Shown: positions 59,268 through 64,000 of the stretch, piece by piece | How positions within the stretch are numbered: the first letter of the stretch is position 1 | Layout of the letters: the number at the start of each line of letters is the position of its first letter | NCBI GenBank assembly: GCA_964484475.1 | Contig: CAZAFU010000001.1 | Span: 142-64,141, forward strand | From: an uncultured Caulobacterales bacterium | GTDB lineage: Bacteria > Pseudomonadota > Alphaproteobacteria > Caulobacterales > Parvularculaceae | DNA length: 64,000 bases | Reading direction: 5' to 3' | Made by a program: the position numbers and the translations under genes | Notes under the pieces: generated by a model | What the model was told of the DNA's origin: nothing | The model's input: the letters and a program-made list of their open reading frames with translations, nothing else | Database searches by the model: none

Positions 59268-60935
59268 ATGCTGGTCCGCAGGAAGGCTACTCTCTCGGTG
59301 CTTACAAGCGTCCTCGTGGCCAGTGCGAGCGCCCTGCCCATCATGGCAACCGCTGCGAGTGCGGCGCAGGAAAGACCGATACCGCAGGGCGACGGCAGCT
59401 ACGACGATCTCATCTCCCTCTACGAAGAGTTCAAGAGTTGGCGGGACCGTCAGCCGGCTGAGTATAGCCGCAAGGCGCTCGAAAAGCGCCGCCAGCGGAT
59501 GAAGCAGTTCCAGAAAGAACTCTCGGACATGAACGTGGCCTCGTGGGACCGCGAGCAGCAGAACGACTACCTCGTCACCCGCGCCCGTTTCGACGAACAG
59601 GACTTCATCCTGAATGTCAGCCGTCCGTGGGCCCGCGACCCCTACTTCTATGTCGGGGATCTGATGCCTCTTGCCTTCACGGAGCTTCCCGTCGAAGGCG
59701 CCGCCCGCGAGGAACTCGAGCGGGCACTGGCCCGGATACCTGGGACGCTGACAGAAGCGAAGCGCAACCTCACCGAAGCCGCCCGCGATCATGCCGACTT
59801 CGCGCTCTTCAACCTCAGCAAATCCGACAATGTCAATCATCTCCATCCGGTACGCGAGACACCGCCGCCCGGCATCATCGGGTGGTACGACGACTTCCTG
59901 GAGCGTGCACTGAGCGAACAGCCCGATCTGGCTCCAGGGATCGAGAAAGCGCGCGATGCACTTGTCGCATATCGTGACTGGATCGATCAGAACCGGGACG
60001 GGATGACGGCACCGAACGGCGTCGGAAGGGCGCATCTCGACTGGTATCTGAGGCACGTGAAAATGCTCCCCTACACATCCGACGAGGTGGAACTCCTCGC
60101 CGAGATGGAAAAGGACCGGCTTCTCGCTTTCTTCGCGCTGGAGCGGCACCGCAACAGGGATCTCCCAGAGATCGCGCTGCCACAATCGAAAGAAGAATAC
60201 GAGGAACGCCTGGCGCGGACAGACAAGCAGATACGGACGTTTCTCGAGGAGGAAGAGTTCATCACGATCCCCTCCTACATTCCGAGCGACTGGCGCGAGC
60301 TCGGCTTCAACGTACCCTACATGGAGCGCGAGACTCTGAATTTCTGGGAGCAGGTGCAGTTCCGCGATCCCGCCCCTGACCATCTGCATGCTGTTATTCC
60401 CGGCCACCGCTTCGATGGCCTGGTCGAGAGGGAGCTGGCCCATCCGATCCGTGATGACAGTTTCGGCGACCGGCGCGAGGGATATGCAGTCTATCTCGAG
60501 GAAGCAGCGCTTCAGGGCGGCCTCCTGGACGATCAGCCGCGGGTCAAGGAACTCATCTATGTCTTCGGCCTGTGGCGGGCCGTGCGGACCGTCGGCGACG
60601 TCCGTAATCAGACGAACGAGTACACGCAGCAGGAAACCATCGACTACTGGCGGGAGTGGACGCCTTACCTCGATGACGGCGTTGCCCGAAAGTACTCCTA
60701 CCTGCGCCCCACGCCAGCACATACGCTGCACTATACAATGGGTGCGATCGAAATGCGCCGCCTTCTGGCGGACCGAAAGAATCAGCTCGGAGAGGAGTTT
60801 GTCCTCCATGAATTCCACGACGAGCTGATGGCGCGTGGCCGGATACCCGTGGCGCTGCTGCGCTACGAGATGACCGGCGACGACGAGGATATGGCCATGT
60901 TCTGGGACCGGACGGCACTCGCCGACATCCGGTAG
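59268..60935 (+). CDS. DUF885 family exported protein
   Basis: Signal peptide; HAVIPGH, EGYAVYLEE, Y..G..E and EFHDELM..G.IP motifs; GGAGG RBS. Confidence 0.85.
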   Translation: MLVRRKATLSVLTSVLVASASALPIMATAASAAQERPIPQGDGSYDDLISLYEEFKSWRDRQPAEYSRKALEKRRQRMKQFQKELSDMNVASWDREQQNDYLVTRARFDEQDFILNVSRPWARDPYFYVGDLMPLAFTELPVEGAAREELERALARIPGTLTEAKRNLTEAARDHADFALFNLSKSDNVNHLHPVRETPPPGIIGWYDDFLERALSEQPDLAPGIEKARDALVAYRDWIDQNRDGMTAPNGVGRAHLDWYLRHVKMLPYTSDEVELLAEMEKDRLLAFFALERHRNRDLPEIALPQSKEEYEERLARTDKQIRTFLEEEEFITIPSYIPSDWRELGFNVPYMERETLNFWEQVQFRDPAPDHLHAVIPGHRFDGLVERELAHPIRDDSFGDRREGYAVYLEEAALQGGLLDDQPRVKELIYVFGLWRAVRTVGDVRNQTNEYTQQETIDYWREWTPYLDDGVARKYSYLRPTPAHTLHYTMGAIEMRRLLADRKNQLGEEFVLHEFHDELMARGRIPVALLRYEMTGDDEDMAMFWDRTALADIR

Positions 60936-60949
60936 CAGAGATGGGCCTG

Positions 60950-60977
60950 GCCGGGACCTACGGATGCGGGTCCCGGC
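60950..60977. terminator. Hairpin between convergent genes
   Basis: GCCGGGACC...GGTCCCGGC stem; weak U-tract. Confidence 0.5.
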
Positions 60978-61005
60978 GCCTCTTCGATTTCTGAAAACCG
61001 GGTTG

Positions 61006-61848
61006 TCAGGCCATGGCGGGTACGGGCGCGAGGCCTAGGATCCTGCGGGCCTGCTCAGGCGTTGCAACGTCCCGGCCTGCTTCCGCGCACATCTCTGCGA
61101 CCTTGTGCACCAGCGCGGCATTCGACGGCGCCAACCGGTCCTTATCGAGACGGATATTGTCTTCGAGGCCCGTCCGCATATGACCGCCTAGTTCCAGGCA
61201 CCAACGGTTGACCGTAGCCTGATTGCGGCCGATCCCGGCCGCGACCCAGGTGGCGTCCGGCAACAGCTCCCGCAGCTTCTCGAGCTCGAACTCCAGAATG
61301 TCACGATGCGCAGGGAGCGCGTTCTTCACGCCCATCACGAACTGAACGTGGAGGGGTCCCTCGAGGATGCCCCGCTCCACGAGCTTCGCCGCGTTGTAAA
61401 GCATCGCCAGGTCGAAGACCTCGATCTCGGGCTTCACACCGTACCGGTTCATCTCTCCGGCGAGTTCCTCGATAAGGCTCGGTGAGTTCTCGTAGATGAT
61501 TGTCGGGAAGTTGCACGACCCCGTGGCGAGCGAGGCCATGTCAGGCCGGTGCCGGATCATCGAACCGCGCTCCGACCCCCGCCCGGAGCGGCCGCCCGTC
61601 GAGAACTGCGTGATCATGCCAGGGCAATGTTTCCTTATTCCGTCCTGCACGGCCGCGAAGCGCTCCGCGTCGATGACCGGGCTCTCGTCGTCGCGTCGCG
61701 TGTGAAGATGCACGAGCGTCGCGCCCGCCTCGTAGGCCTCGTGCGTCGACTCGATCTGCTCGGCGACGGTGATCGGGACGGCCGGGTTGTTTTCCTTACG
61801 CGGAACGGATCCCGTGATGGCCACCGTAATGATGCAGGGCTCTGTCAT
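61006..61848 (-). CDS. BKACE / 3-keto-5-aminohexanoate cleavage family protein
   Basis: IITVAITG, NPAVP, HLH, STGGRSG and RTGLEDN motifs. Confidence 0.93.
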   Translation of the reverse strand: MTEPCIITVAITGSVPRKENNPAVPITVAEQIESTHEAYEAGATLVHLHTRRDDESPVIDAERFAAVQDGIRKHCPGMITQFSTGGRSGRGSERGSMIRHRPDMASLATGSCNFPTIIYENSPSLIEELAGEMNRYGVKPEIEVFDLAMLYNAAKLVERGILEGPLHVQFVMGVKNALPAHRDILEFELEKLRELLPDATWVAAGIGRNQATVNRWCLELGGHMRTGLEDNIRLDKDRLAPSNAALVHKVAEMCAEAGRDVATPEQARRILGLAPVPAMA

Positions 61849-61881
61849 ATCGTATCCTTCCAGGCGTTTCGATTGGCTGGA

Positions 61882-63033
61882 TCAGCGGCCCGCCCTGCCC
61901 GTTGCGCCCGGCCAGTTGCGCAGCACCATTCCGTAGGATGACGGCAGGATCGAAGAGGGATCGGGATGGCCAAGACGGATCGCCGCGCTGTAGGGAAAGG
62001 CGGGGTCGGCGATCATCTGTCGACCGCATGCTACCATGTCGGCCTGGCCATCCCGAATGACGGCGTTGGCAGTCTCAGGCTCGAAGATGAGCCCGACCGC
62101 CATCGTCGGCATGTCGGCTTCGGCGCGGATCTCTGCGGCGAAGGGAACGAGATACCCCGCATAGGGGTCTTCGAAGCTCTTGCCGGACGCGCCGGTGATG
62201 CCCCCCGAGGAGACATGCATCAGATCGACGCCTGCGGCTTTGAGCTTTTTTGCAAGAACGATGGTGTCAGCCAGGGTCAGGCCGTCCTCCAGGCCGTCGA
62301 CTGCGGAGGCGCGGTAGAAGACCGGCATCTCGGTCGGCACGACGTCCCTGACCGCTTCGGCCACGGCCACCGGGAGGGCACCACGCCCATTGACGTCGCC
62401 GCCCCATTCGTCCGTACGCTGGTTCGACTTGGGAGAGACGAAGCTGTGCAGGAGATAACCGTGGGCACCATGGATCTCGATGAAATCGAAGCCCGAACGA
62501 ACGGCCCGGTCGGCCGCCTCCTGGAACGCCTCGATGATCCCCTCGATCATCGTCTGGTCCATCTCCCGCGGGGCGGGCCACCCTTCCCGCAGGGGGATCG
62601 GGCTCGGTGCGATGGTTTGCCACGCACTGTCCGGAGCAGCGGTGGCAAGGGGCTGGCCGCCTTCCGCAGGTGTCGTGCTGCTGCCCTTGCGGCCGGAATG
62701 GGAGAGCTGGATACCCACCGGGACATCGACTGCGTGGTAGAGGTCGACGATCCGCGAGAGAAGCTCGCGATGATCTTCCCTGTAGATGCCGAGGCAGCCA
62801 TGGGTGATGCGCCCGTCCCGCGTCACGCCGGTCGACTCAACCAGAGCACCGCCGAGGCCTCCGAGTGAGAAGCGCGCGTGATGACTGATATGCCAGTCCG
62901 CGACGGCTCCGTCTTCCGACGCGTATTGGCACATCGGTGCCAGGACGATCCGGTTCCTGAAGGTGACGGACCGTAGGCTGAACGGTTCAAAAAGAGGCGG
63001 TATATCCTTCGCCGAAGGAGAAGGGTCGGCCAT
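61882..63033 (-). CDS. NADH:flavin oxidoreductase (Old Yellow Enzyme, YqjM/XenA-like)
   Basis: NRIVLAPMCQY, HGAHGYLLHSF.SP.SNQRTDEWGG and VSSGG motifs. Confidence 0.93.
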   Translation of the reverse strand: MADPSPSAKDIPPLFEPFSLRSVTFRNRIVLAPMCQYASEDGAVADWHISHHARFSLGGLGGALVESTGVTRDGRITHGCLGIYREDHRELLSRIVDLYHAVDVPVGIQLSHSGRKGSSTTPAEGGQPLATAAPDSAWQTIAPSPIPLREGWPAPREMDQTMIEGIIEAFQEAADRAVRSGFDFIEIHGAHGYLLHSFVSPKSNQRTDEWGGDVNGRGALPVAVAEAVRDVVPTEMPVFYRASAVDGLEDGLTLADTIVLAKKLKAAGVDLMHVSSGGITGASGKSFEDPYAGYLVPFAAEIRAEADMPTMAVGLIFEPETANAVIRDGQADMVACGRQMIADPAFPYSAAIRLGHPDPSSILPSSYGMVLRNWPGATGRAGR

Positions 63034-63059
63034 GAGGCCCTCTTCTTTCGTTTGTGTGG

Positions 63060-64000
63060 TCAGGCTGCCTTGGCGTCTATGGACGCCATCAGGTCGTTGA
63101 GCTCGGTTATCACCTTCATGATCCGGTCGCGCCGGCGAATGCCTTCGCTACCGAGTTCCCTGAATGTCGTCAGCGGCGGGCGGACATCCCCGACAGGGTA
63201 GCCGACCTGCGCGGCGAGGGCTTTGGAATAGCACTGGTGACCATAGGTCGGGTGACCTTCCGCGATGATCGCGTCGAACTTGTGCACCAGCCGCTCAATC
63301 GCCTTGGCGTCCTCGAGGTGCCCCTCGGTCAGAAGGTCCCAGATCCTCGACGTCGCATAGGGAAGATAGTTTCCGTAAGGATTGACATAGCCAACGGCCC
63401 CGAGAAGGAAGCTTTCCACCACGCGTTCGCCGGCGAACACGTTCATCAGGCCGTCGGTCTGCTCGACGATGTCGTAGACACGCGCGACGTCGAGGCTCGC
63501 TTCCTTGATATAGCGGATGTTCGGCATGTCGCGGGTCATCTTCGCGACCAGCGAGGCGGGAATGTCGACATTTGTGGTGACGGGGTTGTTGTAGACCATG
63601 ATCGGAAGATCGGTCGCGTCGCAGATCGTCGCGTAGTACTTGTAGATCTCGTCCTGCGTCGGCGTGTAGTAATACGGCGGACACACCATCAGCCCCTGCG
63701 CGCCGAGCTTCTCCGCCTCCCGGCTGTAGGCGACGGCCTTGCGGGTATCGGCGCTGCCCGAGCCCACGAGGACAGGGACCCGGCCATCGACGTGATCGAC
63801 GATGGTTTCGATGATGGCGGTGCGCTCGTCGTCCGCAATGGTCAGGAATTCACCCGTTGTCCCGAGGATGATGAGCCCGGGCACGCCCGAATTCAGTTGC
63901 CAGTCGACGAAGTGCTTGAACGCTGGCAAATCGACGCCCTCGCCACCCTCGAGGAACGGAGTCACCGTAACGGTGTAGCTTCCACGGAAACGATGATCAG
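63060..64000 (-). CDS. Dihydrodipicolinate synthase family aldolase/dehydratase (start just beyond the right edge)
   Basis: GTTGE, PPYY, YNNP and Schiff-base IKEAS motifs; frame open to the edge. Confidence 0.92.
   Translation of the reverse strand, partial: DHRFRGSYTVTVTPFLEGGEGVDLPAFKHFVDWQLNSGVPGLIILGTTGEFLTIADDERTAIIETIVDHVDGRVPVLVGSGSADTRKAVAYSREAEKLGAQGLMVCPPYYYTPTQDEIYKYYATICDATDLPIMVYNNPVTTNVDIPASLVAKMTRDMPNIRYIKEASLDVARVYDIVEQTDGLMNVFAGERVVESFLLGAVGYVNPYGNYLPYATSRIWDLLTEGHLEDAKAIERLVHKFDAIIAEGHPTYGHQCYSKALAAQVGYPVGDVRPPLTTFRELGSEGIRRRDRIMKVITELNDLMASIDAKAA

Noticed and set aside
62995-63010. AGGCGGTATATCCTTC, a partial match to the regulon operator inside the 5' end of the OYE gene
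   Set aside because: The left arm is degenerate and the site is coding (KDIPP), so it is likely chance; a PWM scan would settle it
61882-63033. OYE as a bilirubin reductase (BilR) linked to the proposed bilin regulon
   Set aside because: It has the canonical HGAHGY and PMCQY YqjM-type motifs rather than the HGDR motif reported for BilR, and lies 40 kb away without a good operator
63060-64000. DHDPS-like gene as dapA or as a hydroxyproline-pathway deaminase
   Set aside because: The catabolic context and divergent C-terminal half argue against dapA, and no other hydroxyproline genes are visible; left at family level

Overview
GC-rich alphaproteobacterial chromosome segment (Parvularcula/Caulobacterales-like by gene style; inference). 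It has about 48 real CDS and no rRNA, tRNA, CRISPR or recognisable mobile element. Main result: the 21 genes at 356-20620 form seven or more transcription units that share one 16-bp pseudo-palindromic operator, consensus AAAWGRTATAYCWTTT, seen six times (3627, 6404, 13338, 14915, 17373, 20639), each near a gene start. The block holds a TonB-dependent receptor, MFS and SSS importers, an exported CpcT/CpeT bilin-lyase-like protein, DUF1838, DUF3598, HapK, DUF1330, two VOC proteins, reductases, a PuuE-like amidohydrolase and an atypical alpha/beta hydrolase. It also holds a LeuCD-like hydratase, a family III CoA transferase and an HMG-CoA-lyase-like enzyme. My hypothesis is an undescribed regulon for uptake and catabolism of open-chain tetrapyrroles (bilins or chlorophyll catabolites). 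The rest of the window contains: an RND efflux operon with DUF5996; MipA; a VPS10/BNR protein; an ECF sigma/FecR/STN-TBDR signalling system coupled to a trehalase; a wHTH-TM-TolB-like-TPR regulator; a minimal curli operon with a 794-aa curlin; a VPLPA-CTERM protein; a TBDR plus exported peptidase locus; and a second catabolic group (deacetylase, DUF885, BKACE, OYE, DHDPS-like) near an IclR-type box. Family assignments come from motif recognition only; no database search was run.
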